A DNA stretch of 64,000 bases from an uncultured Armatimonadetes bacterium (GCA_963716175.1 OY970296.1:3616001-3680000), one strand, 5' to 3'; positions 1-10,205 are shown, counted from the first letter of the stretch. Notes: generated by a model not told the origin, from the letters alone. Numbers and translations: made by a program.

Positions 1-230
1 AGCTCTTCGGGGGCGGAAAGCCCAGGCCAGAGGGTGAGCAGGGCCGCGCAGTGGGCCTCGCTCATCTCGCCCTGCTGGTGGAGGACATTGACGCGGAGTG
101 CGAGCGCATGAGCAAGCTGGGAGTCGCGTTCGACATGAAGCCGACCAGTGTCGAGTCCGGCCTGCGCATCGCCTTCTTCAAGGACCCGGATGGGAACGCC
201 GTCGAGCTGATGCAGCGGCCCCAGGTCTGA
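1..230 (+). CDS. VOC/glyoxalase family protein (5'-truncated by window edge)
   Basis: Manual translation from nt 3 gives ...GLAHLALLVEDIDAECERMSKLGVAF...LRIAFFKDPDGNAVELMQ*, the typical VOC C-terminal motif. Not in the ORF track. Confidence 0.85.
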   Translation, partial: LFGGGKPRPEGEQGRAVGLAHLALLVEDIDAECERMSKLGVAFDMKPTSVESGLRIAFFKDPDGNAVELMQRPQV

Positions 231-242
231 GGAGCGACCACC

Positions 243-1169
243 ATGAGAGTCGTTCGCTACCAGGATCAGGATGCACTTACGGGCGTGGGGATGCTGCGGG
301 GAGAGCGGGTCGTTGATTTCACGCGGGCGCTCACCGTCTACTACTTCGCCCAGGGCTCCCTCCCCCACTTCCCCTATTCGTTGGAGCTGCTGCAGCCCGC
401 CGATTTCTCGGTTCTCGACTTGATCGCCGGCGGCTACTTCCGTGCTGACCTGTTTGCGGAAGTGCTGCGCTTCGCAGAGGAGCACGAGCTGATCGAGGAG
501 CTGGTGGTTGACGAGCCGCGTCTGCTCTCCCCTATCCCCCGGCCTCCGCGCATCATCGCGCTCGGCCTCAACTACGCCGCGCATGCCGCGGAAGGCGGCC
601 GGAAGCCGACAAAGGAGCCGATCTTCTTCGTCAAGGCCTCCACCGCGGTGATCGGCCCGGATGACCCGGTGGAGTGCCCGCGCGGGGTGGGACGGGTTGA
701 CCACGAGGTGGAGCTGGCGGTGATCATCGGCAAGCCCGGCCGCCGCATCCCTCGCGCCCAGGCCAAGCAGCACATCGCCGGCTACACCATCCTCAATGAT
801 GTCACCGCCCGCGATATGCAGCGGCGCGACATGGCGGCCTCGAACCCCTGGTTCCTGAGCAAGAGCTTCGACACGTTCTGCCCGATGGGGCCCTGCATCA
901 CCCTGCCCGACGAAATCCAGGAGCCGTGCGAGCTGGATCTGTCCCTGCGGGTGAATGGTCAGACCAGGCAGAGCAGCAATACCCGCGACCTCATCTTCAA
1001 GGTGCCCGAGCTGATTCACCGCCTTAGTCGACACCTGACTCTGGAACCGGGAGACATCATCTCTACCGGCACCCCGGCAGGCATTTCCGCGATCCAGCCC
1101 GGCGATGTAATGCAGGCCGAGGTCGAGCGCATCGGCGTGCTGCGCAATCCGGTCGTCGCGGGCAAGTGA
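243..1169 (+). CDS. Fumarylacetoacetate hydrolase (FAH) family protein
   Basis: Motifs GLNYAAH, DHEVELAVIIG, NDVTARD, SKSFDTFCPMGP, GDIISTGTP. Confidence 0.93.
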   Translation: MRVVRYQDQDALTGVGMLRGERVVDFTRALTVYYFAQGSLPHFPYSLELLQPADFSVLDLIAGGYFRADLFAEVLRFAEEHELIEELVVDEPRLLSPIPRPPRIIALGLNYAAHAAEGGRKPTKEPIFFVKASTAVIGPDDPVECPRGVGRVDHEVELAVIIGKPGRRIPRAQAKQHIAGYTILNDVTARDMQRRDMAASNPWFLSKSFDTFCPMGPCITLPDEIQEPCELDLSLRVNGQTRQSSNTRDLIFKVPELIHRLSRHLTLEPGDIISTGTPAGISAIQPGDVMQAEVERIGVLRNPVVAGK

Positions 1170-2131
1170 GCAGCATGCCGGTGCTGGCGCTGGACATCGG
1201 CGGGACCAAGCTCGCGGCCGCGGTGGTCACGGCCGCGGGCGAAGTGCTGGCGGAGCAGATGGAGGCGACAAAGTCGTCTTCGTCTCCCGCCGAGATACTT
1301 GATACGCTATTCGCCATGGCCGGGGAGGTGAACCGCCGCGCCGCATTGGGCTGGCCTGAACTGGCCGGGGTTGGGGTGAGCTTCGGCGGGCCGATGGACT
1401 TCCCCAGCGGGCGCACCGTGACCTGTCATCACCTGGAGGGCTGGCAGGATTTCCCGTTGCGGCAGGCGGTCGGCGCGCGCGTGGGCCGGCCAGTGGTGGT
1501 GGACAATGACGCCAACGCGGCCGCGCTGGGGGAGGCGACCTTCGGCGCCGCGCGCAGCAAGCCCTATGTCCTCTATCTCACCGTGAGCACCGGGATCGGC
1601 GGCGGGATCGTGCTCGGGGGTCGGGTGCATCGAGGCGCGAACAGCCTGGCCGGCGAGATCGGGCACACGCTGGTAGCGCCGGAGGGACCGGTGTGCACGT
1701 GCAGTAGGAGAGGGTGCCTGGAGGCAGTGGCCTCCGGTCCGGCCATCGCCACCGCGGCCCGCCAGGCCCTGGAGGCGGGTGAGCCCTCTGCTTTGGCTTC
1801 CATCCCGCGCTCGCAGTTGACAGCCAGGGAGGTCGCGGCGGCTGCGGCGAGCGATGCGCTGGCGGCGCGCGTGATGAGCCGGGCCGGCGAATACCTCGGA
1901 CTCGCCATCGCCGGCGCGGTGAACCTGCTGAATCCCAGCATCGTGGTGATCGGGGGCGGCGTGTCCGGGGCGGGCGAAGCGCTCTTCCAGCCGCTGCGAG
2001 AGGCCGTCGCTCGCTATGCGGTGCCTGAAAGCGCGCGGGGCCTTGCTATCGCTGCAGGCGCGCTGGGGCAGCGTGGGGCGCTGCTGGGCGCGGCAGCGCT
2101 GGCGCTGACGGACCAATACCAGGCGTGGTGA
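1166..2131 (+). CDS. ROK family sugar kinase (glucokinase-like)
   Basis: LDIGGTK, DNDANAAALGE, STGIGGG, GEIGH, CxCxxxGCLE. GTGA overlap with the upstream gene. Confidence 0.93.
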   Translation: MSSMPVLALDIGGTKLAAAVVTAAGEVLAEQMEATKSSSSPAEILDTLFAMAGEVNRRAALGWPELAGVGVSFGGPMDFPSGRTVTCHHLEGWQDFPLRQAVGARVGRPVVVDNDANAAALGEATFGAARSKPYVLYLTVSTGIGGGIVLGGRVHRGANSLAGEIGHTLVAPEGPVCTCSRRGCLEAVASGPAIATAARQALEAGEPSALASIPRSQLTAREVAAAAASDALAARVMSRAGEYLGLAIAGAVNLLNPSIVVIGGGVSGAGEALFQPLREAVARYAVPESARGLAIAAGALGQRGALLGAAALALTDQYQAW

Positions 2132-2312
2132 GCCGCGCACTTACAAAGGCCGATCTGCGTTGGGAGGAGATGGCGGACCGCTAACGAAGCAAACTCGGTG
2201 GGCGAAGGATTCCCAGTGTGACCACCGCCAACAGGCCGCGCCCAGGCGTCGCGATTGGCCTGATGCGGCTTCGTGGCGGATTCCGTCAGTGATGCTAAGG
2301 AGGTGTTCCGAG

Positions 2313-2765
2313 ATGGCAAAGGTGCTGGTGGTCTATCACTCACTCGGCGGGCAGACCAAGAAGATGGCGGAGGCAGTGGCAGCCGGGGCCTCCAGTGTGA
2401 CTGGAACTCAGGTGACGGTCAAGACGGGCCTGGAGGCCATCATTGATGACCTGCTGTCCTGTGACGCCATCGCCCTGGGCTCGCCGGACTACTTCAGCTA
2501 CATGGCCGGAGGCCTCAAGGATTTCCTGGACCGGACCTATTACCCGAGCCAGGGGAAGGTGACGGGGAAGCCCGCGGCCACCTTCGGCAGCGCGGGCGGC
2601 CCGCCGGACAAGGTCCTGAAGCTGTTGGACCAGGCGCTCGGGTGGTTCAAGCTGAAGAAAGCCGTGGACTCGGTCGGGGCCTCTGGCGGCGTCGGGCCAG
2701 AGATTCTGGCCGACTGCAAGGAGCTGGGCCGCAAGCTGGCGGAGGCCGCGGGCAAAGGAAGTTGA
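2313..2765 (+). CDS. Flavodoxin/WrbA-like NAD(P)H-dependent oxidoreductase
   Basis: MAKVLVVYHSLGGQTKKMAEAV and LGSPDYF motifs. AAGGAGGT RBS precedes the ATG at 2313. Confidence 0.88.
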   Translation: MAKVLVVYHSLGGQTKKMAEAVAAGASSVTGTQVTVKTGLEAIIDDLLSCDAIALGSPDYFSYMAGGLKDFLDRTYYPSQGKVTGKPAATFGSAGGPPDKVLKLLDQALGWFKLKKAVDSVGASGGVGPEILADCKELGRKLAEAAGKGS

Positions 2766-2850
2766 GCTGAGCCCTCACAGTGGTGGGGCGGCCCCCGCTC
2801 CTTCCCAGCGCCGTGCAGTCATGTGATGTTGACCGGAGAGAAGGCCTAGC

Positions 2851-3648
2851 ATGCGGTTCGGATGCTGCGTGAGCCCCGACAGCGTAGAGCTGGCGGCGGC
2901 CGCGGGCTGCGATTTCGTGGAGCTGCCGGTGGCTGCGGTGCTGCCGGAGAGACCGGAAGCGGAATTCGCTCCGGTGCGAGAGAGGTTGCTGGCCGCTCCC
3001 GTGAAGCCCGAAGCCTGGCAGTTGCAGTTGCCGGCCGACCTCAGGGCGACCGGGCCGGACGTGAGCTGGCCGCGGCTGGCCCGCTATCTCTACACCTCGC
3101 TGCGGCGGATCGCCGAGGTGGGTGGGGCCGTGGTGGCGTTCGGGAGCGGGAGGCAGAGAGAGGCGCCGGCAGGCTTCCCGGTGACGGACGCCATGGATCA
3201 GCTCACCGAGGTGCTTCGCATCTGCGGGGCGGTGGCGCACAGCCGCGGTTTGATGGTGGGGGTCGAGCCGCTCAGCTCCAGTCGCTGCAATCTGGTGAAC
3301 TCCCTGCCCGAAGCGGTCAGCCTGGCGCGGGTGGTGGACATGCCGGAGGTGGGAGTGGCGGTGCATGCGCAAGAGATGGCCCTGGAGGGTCATTCGGCCT
3401 TCGATATCGTGGACGCGGCGGAGTGGCTGACCCACGTGCGCGTCTCTGGGGCACAGGCGGTCGCCCAGAGCGGAGACGAGGTTTGGCAGCACGACTTCAT
3501 CCAGGCGCTGCGCATGGCTGACTATGATTGGAGGGTTTCGATCGAGGGGGAATGGAAGGACTCCCCGAACGAGATGAAGGCAGCGGTGGAGTCGCTGCGA
3601 CGATGCTTCGACGAAGCCGAGCACGAGGCCTATGCCGGGCGCTGGTGA
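2851..3648 (+). CDS. Sugar phosphate isomerase/epimerase (xylose isomerase-like TIM barrel)
   Basis: AGCDFVEL, VAFGSG..R, VGVEPL...CNLVNS, VSIEG pattern. Some metal ligands look substituted. Confidence 0.8.
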   Translation: MRFGCCVSPDSVELAAAAGCDFVELPVAAVLPERPEAEFAPVRERLLAAPVKPEAWQLQLPADLRATGPDVSWPRLARYLYTSLRRIAEVGGAVVAFGSGRQREAPAGFPVTDAMDQLTEVLRICGAVAHSRGLMVGVEPLSSSRCNLVNSLPEAVSLARVVDMPEVGVAVHAQEMALEGHSAFDIVDAAEWLTHVRVSGAQAVAQSGDEVWQHDFIQALRMADYDWRVSIEGEWKDSPNEMKAAVESLRRCFDEAEHEAYAGRW

Positions 3649-4939
3649 TATCATCGCACCCTTCCGGGGCATTCGCTATCACACCGCGGGCTCGCGCGAC
3701 CTTTCCTCTCGCATCGCCCCACCCTATGACATCATTGCGCCAGCGATGCAGGCTGACCTTTACGCGCGGGACCAGCACAACTTCGTGCGGTTGGAGCTGC
3801 CACAGCCGAGCGACCGCCATGGTGCGGAAGACGACCGCTACCAGCGGGCCGCGGCCACCCTGCGGGATTGGCTGGCCCAGCGCGTGCTCATCCGCGATGA
3901 GAGGCCGGCGCTGTACCTGGTGGAGCAGGAATTCCAGCTCCGGGGCCGTGCTTGGCGGCGGCGCGGCGTGTTCGCGCTGGTGCGGCTGCCGGAAGCGAAC
4001 GAGCGGTACGTCCTGTCACACGAGGGGACGCTGGCCGCGCCGAAGGCCGACCGCCTGCACTTGATGCGAGCCTGCCAGGCCATGACCAGTCCCATCTTGA
4101 TGATGAGCGAGGACGGCCGCGGGGAGCTGCTGAGCCTGCTGGAGCAGACCGCTGGCGAAGCGGAGGCCGTGGCCGCGAATGGAGATGGGGTCGCCCACCG
4201 GCTCTGGCCGCTGCACGATGCGGACCTGGTGGAGGCGATATGTGCCGCGGTGGGGGGCGGGCCACTCTTTATCGCCGACGGCCACCATCGCTTCGAGACT
4301 GCGGTCACCTGCCGCGATGAAATGCGCCAGCGTTTGCCCCAGGCCTCGGCCCAGGCCGGGTTCAACTACGCTCTCGCCCTGGTCACCAGCGCCCAGGACG
4401 AAGGGGTGAAGATTCTTCCGACGCACCGGGTGCTCTCAGGGCTGGGCGAGGCCGGCCTAGGCGAGATCAGGGCGCGAATCGCAGAGGGCTTCGACGTGCG
4501 GCAGGTGGCAGTGCCGAAGGGCGACGAATTGCCGGCCCTGACCTGGCCCGATGGCGGGGCGGCCCAGGGCCACGTGTACGGCGCGTATTGGGGAGATGGC
4601 CACTACTACGTGCTGACGGCGCGAGGCGAGACCGCGCCCGCCGGAACCTCGGCGGTCGCGTCCCTGGATGTGAGCGTGCTGCACCGCCTGCTCATAGACC
4701 CGGTGCTCTCGAAGCTGGGTAAGGCGGTCGGCCTCGCCTATGTCACCGATGAGCAGCAGGCGCTGGAGGCTGTGGCCCGGGGCGATTGCGACCTGGCGCT
4801 CTTTCTCCGATCCACCCGCGTTTCTGAAGTGCTGGCAGTGGCCCGCGCCGGGGAGCGCATGCCCGGGAAGTCCACCTATTTCTACCCCAAGGCCCCGGCC
4901 GGCCTGGTGTTGAGCGACGCCTCTGCAGAGCCGATCTAG
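3632..4939 (+). CDS. DUF1015 family protein
   Basis: IAPFRGIRY, APPYDII, HEGT, FIADGHHRFETA, MPGKSTYFYPK. Confidence 0.92.
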   Translation: MPGAGDIIAPFRGIRYHTAGSRDLSSRIAPPYDIIAPAMQADLYARDQHNFVRLELPQPSDRHGAEDDRYQRAAATLRDWLAQRVLIRDERPALYLVEQEFQLRGRAWRRRGVFALVRLPEANERYVLSHEGTLAAPKADRLHLMRACQAMTSPILMMSEDGRGELLSLLEQTAGEAEAVAANGDGVAHRLWPLHDADLVEAICAAVGGGPLFIADGHHRFETAVTCRDEMRQRLPQASAQAGFNYALALVTSAQDEGVKILPTHRVLSGLGEAGLGEIRARIAEGFDVRQVAVPKGDELPALTWPDGGAAQGHVYGAYWGDGHYYVLTARGETAPAGTSAVASLDVSVLHRLLIDPVLSKLGKAVGLAYVTDEQQALEAVARGDCDLALFLRSTRVSEVLAVARAGERMPGKSTYFYPKAPAGLVLSDASAEPI

Positions 4940-4950
4940 GCAGACCGACG

Positions 4951-7561
4951 ATGGACAAGCTCACCCCGATGCTGGCCCAATACCGGGCGATCAAGCGAGA
5001 GCACCAGGATGTCATTCTGCTCTTTCGCCTCGGGGATTTCTACGAGATGTTCGGCGAGGACGCCAAGATCGGGGCCCGCCTGCTGGAGCTGGTGCTCACC
5101 TCGCGGGAGATGGGCAAGGGGCGCCGCATGCCGATGTGTGGCATCCCGTACCATGCCGCCGACCGCTATGTCGCTCGGCTGCTGGCTGGCGGATACAAGG
5201 CTGCCATCTGCGAGCAAGTGGAAGATCCCAAGCAAACCAAACGACTAGTGAAGAGAGAGGTAATCCGGATTCTGACTCCAGGCACCGTGGTGGAGGATCA
5301 CCTGCTGGAGCCGCGCGCCAACAACTATCTGGTCGGCATCGCCAGCGCGGGTGACCGGTGGGGGCTGGCCGCCGCAGATAGCTCGACCGGGGAGTTCAAG
5401 GTCACCGAGTTCACGGGGGAGAACGCGTGGGATGAGCTGCGTGACGAGATCGCGCGGCTGCATCCAGCCGAAACGCTGATCCCGGAGGCCGAGGAGGGGC
5501 GCGGGCTGGCGGAGGTGGTGAAGGCCGACGGGGGCAGCCTCACCACCTGGAGCAGAGACGATTTCGTCGCCCGCAGCCCGGCCGAGTTCCTGCGGCATCA
5601 CTTCGGGGTCGGATCGCTGCGCGGCTTCGGGTGCGAAGAGATGCCGGCCGCCGTGGAGGCCGCGGCCGCAGTCATCGCTTACCTCAAGCGCACTCACAAA
5701 TCCGGGCTGGAGCAGCTCCGCGGTCTGCGCACCTACTCGCGCAGCCAGTTTATGGTGGTGGATGCCACCAGCCGGCGGAACCTCGAGCTGCTCGCCTCGC
5801 TGCGCGATGGGTCCTCTCGGAACACGCTGCTGTGGGTGCTGGACGATACCCTCACGCCTATGGGAGCCCGACTGCTGCGGCGCTGGATCACGGCGCCGTT
5901 GCTGGATCGCCTCGCGATCGAGCAGCGCCTGGATCTGGTTCAGGTGCTCCACGAGGAGGCGGCGCTGCGGGCCCGCCTGCGGGAGCAGCTCAAGCAAATC
6001 CGGGACCTGGAGCGACTGGTCAGCCGCGCCGCGGCCGCCACTGCCAGCGGCCGCGACCTGGCCGGGCTGAGGGATTCGCTGGCGGGGTTGCCGGGATTCG
6101 CGGATATTCTGCGCGGCGGCAGCAGAGAAGCTCCTGGCCAACTGGTCGCAGGCTTCGATCCGGTCGCGGATTTGTGTGAGCTGTTGACGCGGGCGCTGGC
6201 GGACTCGCCGCCGGCCAATGTCCGCGACGGAGGGAGCATTCGCGCCGGGTTCTGCGCGGAGCTCGATGAGCTGCGCGAGGCGCGCACGCATGGCAAGGAA
6301 TGGATTGCCGGCCTCCAGGAGCGAGAGCGACAGCGCACGGGCGCCAGGTCGCTAAAGGTCGGGTACAACCAGGTGTTTGGTTACTACATCGAGGTGACGC
6401 GGCCGAATCTGCACCTGGTGCCATCCGACTACCAGAGACGCCAGACCCTGGCGAACGCGGAGCGATTCGTCACCCCCGAACTGAAGGAGTACGAATCCAA
6501 GATCCTGGGGGCGGAGGAGCGAATCCTGGCGCTCGAGCAGGAACTGCTGGCCGACCTTCGGGCGAAGGCGGCAGCGGAGGCAGCACGGGTGCAGGCGGCC
6601 GCAGAGGTGGTCGCGCAGGCCGACGTGCTCGCCTGCTTCGCCGAGGTGGCGGCGCGGAACAGCTACCTCCGGCCCGGGATCACGGAGGACGACCGCATCG
6701 AGATTCGCGGCGGGCCGTCATCCCGTGGTGGAGCTGACGCTTGAGGACGAGCGGTTCGTGCCCAATGACAGCCATCTGGATTGTGCCGAAGACCAGGTGC
6801 TGATCATCACGGGGCCCAACATGGCGGGCAAGTCCACCTATCTGCGCCAGGTGGCGCTGATCGTGCTGATGGCCCAGATGGGCAGCTTCGTGCCGGCCCA
6901 GGCCGCCAGCATTGGGTTGGTGGACCGCATCTTCACCCGGGTGGGGGCCTCCGACGATCTTGCCACCGGCCAGAGCACTTTCATGGTGGAGATGACCGAG
7001 ACCGCGAACATCTTGCACCATGCCACTCGCCGCAGCCTGATCGTGCTGGACGAGATCGGCCGCGGCACCAGCACCTTCGACGGCCTGAGCATCGCCTGGT
7101 CGGTGGCGGAGTACCTCCATAGCGCTCCTCACCTCGGCGCCAAGACGCTGTTCGCCACCCACTATCACCACCTGAACGAGCTGGCCGAGACACTTCCCCG
7201 GGTGAAGAACTACCGCATCGCGGTCAAGGAGAAAGGCGACCAGGTGATCTTCCTGCGGCAGATCGTGCCCGGCGGCACCGACCGCAGCTATGGGATTCAG
7301 GTGGCTCGCCTAGCTGGCCTTCCGCCAGCGGTGTTGGAGCGAGCAAAGCAGATCCTGTGGTCGCTGGAGCAGCGCGAGCACGTCGGCGGCCAGCCCCCCG
7401 CTCCTCGCATCACAGCCCGCGCCGATCAGCTTCCGCTCTTCGAGGGCGAGCCCGATCCCATTCTCGAAGAGCTGCGCCGGATAGATGTAGATCATCTCAC
7501 CCCCGTCGAGGCCTTGAACAGGCTGGCCGACCTGAAGCGGCGAATTGAGGGAACGACATGA
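4951..7561 (+). CDS. mutS: DNA mismatch repair protein MutS (one +1 frameshift near 6710, probably a sequencing error)
   Basis: TPMLAQY and [10 protein letters not shown] in ORF 4951..6744; [34 protein letters not shown] in ORF 6725..7561. Removing one base restores GRHPVVE. Confidence 0.96.
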
Positions 7562-7729
7562 TCCGCAGATTGCGCAGATTACGCAGAACTTGCTATTTCG
7601 GAGTTTCAGATTCCGAAATAGCAGGAAGCCTCGGGTAGTTCCTAGCAGGACGACATTCGAATCGGTTTTCCGTTGTAGTTTCGTGCGAAGCACGACATAA
7701 TCTGTGTAATCCGCGTAATCTGCGGATCA
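7559..7729. repeat. About 170-bp element with 29-bp imperfect terminal inverted repeats built of 9-mer units and an internal hairpin
   Basis: TGATCCGCAGATTGCGCAGATTACGCAGA (7559-7587) vs TCTGTGTAATCCGCGTAATCTGCGGATCA (7701-7729), 3 mismatches. Internal stem TGCTATTTCGGA/TCCGAAATAGCA (7591-7623). Confidence 0.7.
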
Positions 7730-7753
7730 AGTAGTTTCCAAGGAGGGATAACG

Positions 7754-8017
7754 GTGCCAGAAGATCGCAAGCTCGTGCATGCAGTAGAGAAGGCGCTTGC
7801 CGAGAACGAAGCAACCAAAGCGCTGGGGCATCTGCACATCAGCGCGGTGTCAGGCGTGGTTTTCCTCGACGGCGAGGTAGAGTCCGAGGAGCAGCGCGAC
7901 GCGGTCCTGGCAGCGGCGAAGGCGGTGGAGGGAGTGCGAATGGTCCGCAACCGCCTCCAGATCAACCCGGACGCGCGGGGCGGAGGGTGGCGGGAGCCGC
8001 ACCGGCACGAGGGCTGA
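7754..8017 (+). CDS. BON domain protein
   Basis: ISAVSGVVFLDGEVESEEQRDAVLAAAKAVEGVRMVRNRLQI; AAGGAGGG RBS upstream. Confidence 0.88.
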   Translation: MPEDRKLVHAVEKALAENEATKALGHLHISAVSGVVFLDGEVESEEQRDAVLAAAKAVEGVRMVRNRLQINPDARGGGWREPHRHEG

Positions 8018-8018
8018 T

Positions 8019-8126
8019 GTACGGCGGGCACTCCCATGCCCGCCGGTAGGCTGCCGGTTGTAGGGCGGGCACTCCTGTGCCCGCCTGGAGTTGGCGTTCC
8101 GTAGGAGAGCCCCTCTGCGGGCCCCC
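8019..8126 (+). repeat. REP cluster, family A (GTAG foot plus GGCGGGCA-n6-TGCCCGCC hairpin)
   Basis: Copies at 8019-8044 (GTAC foot) and 8060-8085; degenerate copy at 8101-8126. Confidence 0.85.
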
Positions 8127-8235
8127 ATCGTTGCATCTCTTATGTCTGGCAGGATGCAAGCCGCGGCCAGCAGAAGTAACGCCCACGATGCCAAAGGCGC
8201 TGCGGGGCCTGCACGCTCCTGTCGAGGGGGTTCCC

Positions 8236-9573
8236 ATGCTTGCTACGCGTCGAGCCGGGGTCTTGATTCTGCTCAGTGTCCTCTGCTCTCTTGCCACCTC
8301 TGCCTTCTGTGGCCAGCAACCGCCCGCAGGTTCGGCCGTGCCGCCATCAGATGCGGCGGAGGTGCGCCAGCGCGTCGCCGACCAACAAAGAGAGCTGGAT
8401 CGGCTCGCCGGCCGCTTTGAGGGCCTCGAGCAGACGACGAATGCCGCAGCCAAAGCCAGCGAGGCCGCCTGCCAGCACGCTGACTTGGTAATCAAGTCTG
8501 GGGGTGCCCTGGCCGGTATTGTCACCCTTGTGGTTCTCTTGCTCGGGTTCTTTGGGTACCGTCGCGTTCAAGATTTCGCAAGAGGTGAGATTGACAAGGC
8601 ACGACGGCACTTCGATGAACTCATAGCGCAAGTCGAGCAGCACGTGGGGCAGGCGAAGAAGTCCGCAGAGGAGCTAGCGGAAGACGCGAAGCTCGCCAAA
8701 GAGTACATCGCTCGGATTGACGCCTTTCGTCGCCAGGCCGAAGAGCAGGTTCGCGCCCTTGCCACGGTAGACCTGAGCAAGGACATGCCCCCCGAGCTGA
8801 AGCAGTCTCTGGAGGACATCCGCACCAAGCTCGATCTGGTCGAAGCTCTGGGGTTGCCTCTGGACGCGGAGGCCTACCTCGCGCGCGGCAATGCCTACTA
8901 CTCCCGCGGAGACCACCAGCGCTCCCTCCAGTGCTACGACCGGGCCCTCCAGATCAAGCCCGATTATGCCGAGGCGCACTGCAACCGCGGGGTAGCCCTG
9001 GGCAAGCTCCGGCGGCACGACGAGGCCCTCGCCGCCCACGACCGCGCCCTCCAGATCAAGCCCGATTATGCCGAGGCGCATGGCAACCGCGGAGCAGCGC
9101 TCGGCAGGCTCGGCCGCGACGAGGAGGCCCTCGCTGCCTCTGACCGCGCCCTCCAGATCAAGCCCGACCTTGCCGAGGCGCACTGCAACCGCGGGGTAGC
9201 GTTAAGCAAGCTTGGCCGCCACGAGGAGGCCCTCGCTGCCTCTGACCGCGCCCTCCAGATCAAGCCCGACTATGCTAATGCCCATGTGAATCGAGCGGTG
9301 GCGCTCATCAGTATTGGCCGCTACGAGGAGGCCTTCGCCGCGTGCAACCGCGCCCTCCAGATCAAACCGGATGAGGCGGTGGCCTACTTCAACCGCGCCT
9401 GCGCCCATTCGAGGCTCAACCGGAAAGCTGAGGCATTGGCCGATCTCAGAGAGGCCATCCGGCTTGACCCGGAGTGGAAGGAAAAAGCCAAGACCGACCC
9501 GGATTTCGAGGGCCTGCGTGCCGATCCGGAGTTCCGGCGTCTGGTTGGGCTCGATGACGAGCCGTCTGTGTAG
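8236..9573 (+). CDS. Membrane-anchored tetratricopeptide repeat protein (signal peptide, coiled coil, TM helix, about 6 TPRs)
   Basis: Hydrophobic N-terminus, TM segment GGALAGIVTLVVLLLGFFGY, 34-aa repeats DRALQIKPDYAEAHCNRGVAL. Start chosen after the GAGGGGG RBS. Confidence 0.88.
   Translation: MLATRRAGVLILLSVLCSLATSAFCGQQPPAGSAVPPSDAAEVRQRVADQQRELDRLAGRFEGLEQTTNAAAKASEAACQHADLVIKSGGALAGIVTLVVLLLGFFGYRRVQDFARGEIDKARRHFDELIAQVEQHVGQAKKSAEELAEDAKLAKEYIARIDAFRRQAEEQVRALATVDLSKDMPPELKQSLEDIRTKLDLVEALGLPLDAEAYLARGNAYYSRGDHQRSLQCYDRALQIKPDYAEAHCNRGVALGKLRRHDEALAAHDRALQIKPDYAEAHGNRGAALGRLGRDEEALAASDRALQIKPDLAEAHCNRGVALSKLGRHEEALAASDRALQIKPDYANAHVNRAVALISIGRYEEAFAACNRALQIKPDEAVAYFNRACAHSRLNRKAEALADLREAIRLDPEWKEKAKTDPDFEGLRADPEFRRLVGLDDEPSV
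8938..9372 (+). repeat. 102-bp tandem coding repeats (TPR units)
   Basis: ACCGCGCCCTCCAGATCAAGCCCGA-like core recurs every 102 bp, near 8938, 9040, 9142, 9244 and 9346. Confidence 0.9.
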
Positions 9574-9707
9574 GGCGGGCACTCCCGTGCCCGCCTGCTG
9601 TTGCGTGCTGTAACTCCGATTGACCCGGCGGGCATAGGAATGCCCGCCCTACAGAAGGCCCCGGCGGGTATGGTCTTGTCCGCCTCCGGCGGGAATGCCC
9701 GCCCTAC
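9570..9707. repeat. REP/REPIN cluster (family A) at the 3' end of the RAYT gene
   Basis: Inverted doublet 9570-9595(+) / 9627-9652(-), degenerate copy 9663-9684, and copy 9688-9707(-). Confidence 0.9.
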
Positions 9708-9713
9708 ATGAGG

Positions 9714-10190
9714 CTACCACTCCAGGACCTCAATCTCGCCCTGGTACGGCCACTTATCGGCCGAGTCTACCAGTCTCGCCCGCTCTGGGTTGAGGCGGAC
9801 GTAGTCCCACTTTTCCGAGTATGATTCAGACTTCCGGAGAAGGTGGTCGAAGAACTCAAGCTGCCACGCGAATGTGGCGAGACAACTTTGGCGAATCCTC
9901 CGCTGCGCCCATCGTTTCCAACTTCCGATGAAGCGACTCAGCTCGCTCGCCTCGTCGTGTCGGGGTCCTGCAAAGAAGTGCACATGGTCCGGCATCACCA
10001 CATACCGACCCACACACCACTGATGTATGTCACCCGCGGCTTGCCAGGCATCCACCAGGAGCTTAGCTACCGGCTGGTCTGCAAGCACGGGCCTGCGATC
10101 TCGCACGCAGCAAGTGATCAAGTAGACCGGCTGCCGCCCGCGATGTCCATAGATACGGTCGAGTCGTGTGAGGTGCTTGCGTTCAGGCAC
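9714..10190 (-). mobile_element. REP-associated tyrosine transposase (RAYT/TnpA-REP, HUH Y1 family)
   Basis: YLITCC, HUH motif YVVMPDHVH, WQLEFFDHLLR, catalytic Tyr motif YVRLNP. REPs on both sides. GTG start at 10190 inferred. Confidence 0.92.
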
Positions 10191-10205
10191 GCGTTTTGAT
10201 CTTTC

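Noticed and set aside
2160-2312. N-terminal extensions in the ORF track (flavodoxin, TPR, TolC, cupin, rpmB, PQQ protein)
   Set aside because: Downstream starts with RBS and family-typical N-termini fit better.
4951-7561. mutS as a true pseudogene (mutator) or programmed frameshift
   Set aside because: The same sequence context breaks many unrelated genes including argS, and no slippery heptamer is evident. An assembly error is more parsimonious.
8938-9372. Regularly spaced repeats resembling a CRISPR array
   Set aside because: The period is 102 bp (34 codons), the repeats are in frame, the intervening sequences are similar to each other, and no cas genes are present. These are TPR coding repeats.
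9570-9707. REP cluster as a mini-CRISPR
   Set aside because: Copies are inverted and irregularly spaced, and lie next to a RAYT gene.
9714-10190. IS200/IS605 insertion sequence
   Set aside because: No tnpB; flanked by multiple dispersed REPs; the WQxxFFDH and YxxxNP motifs fit RAYT.
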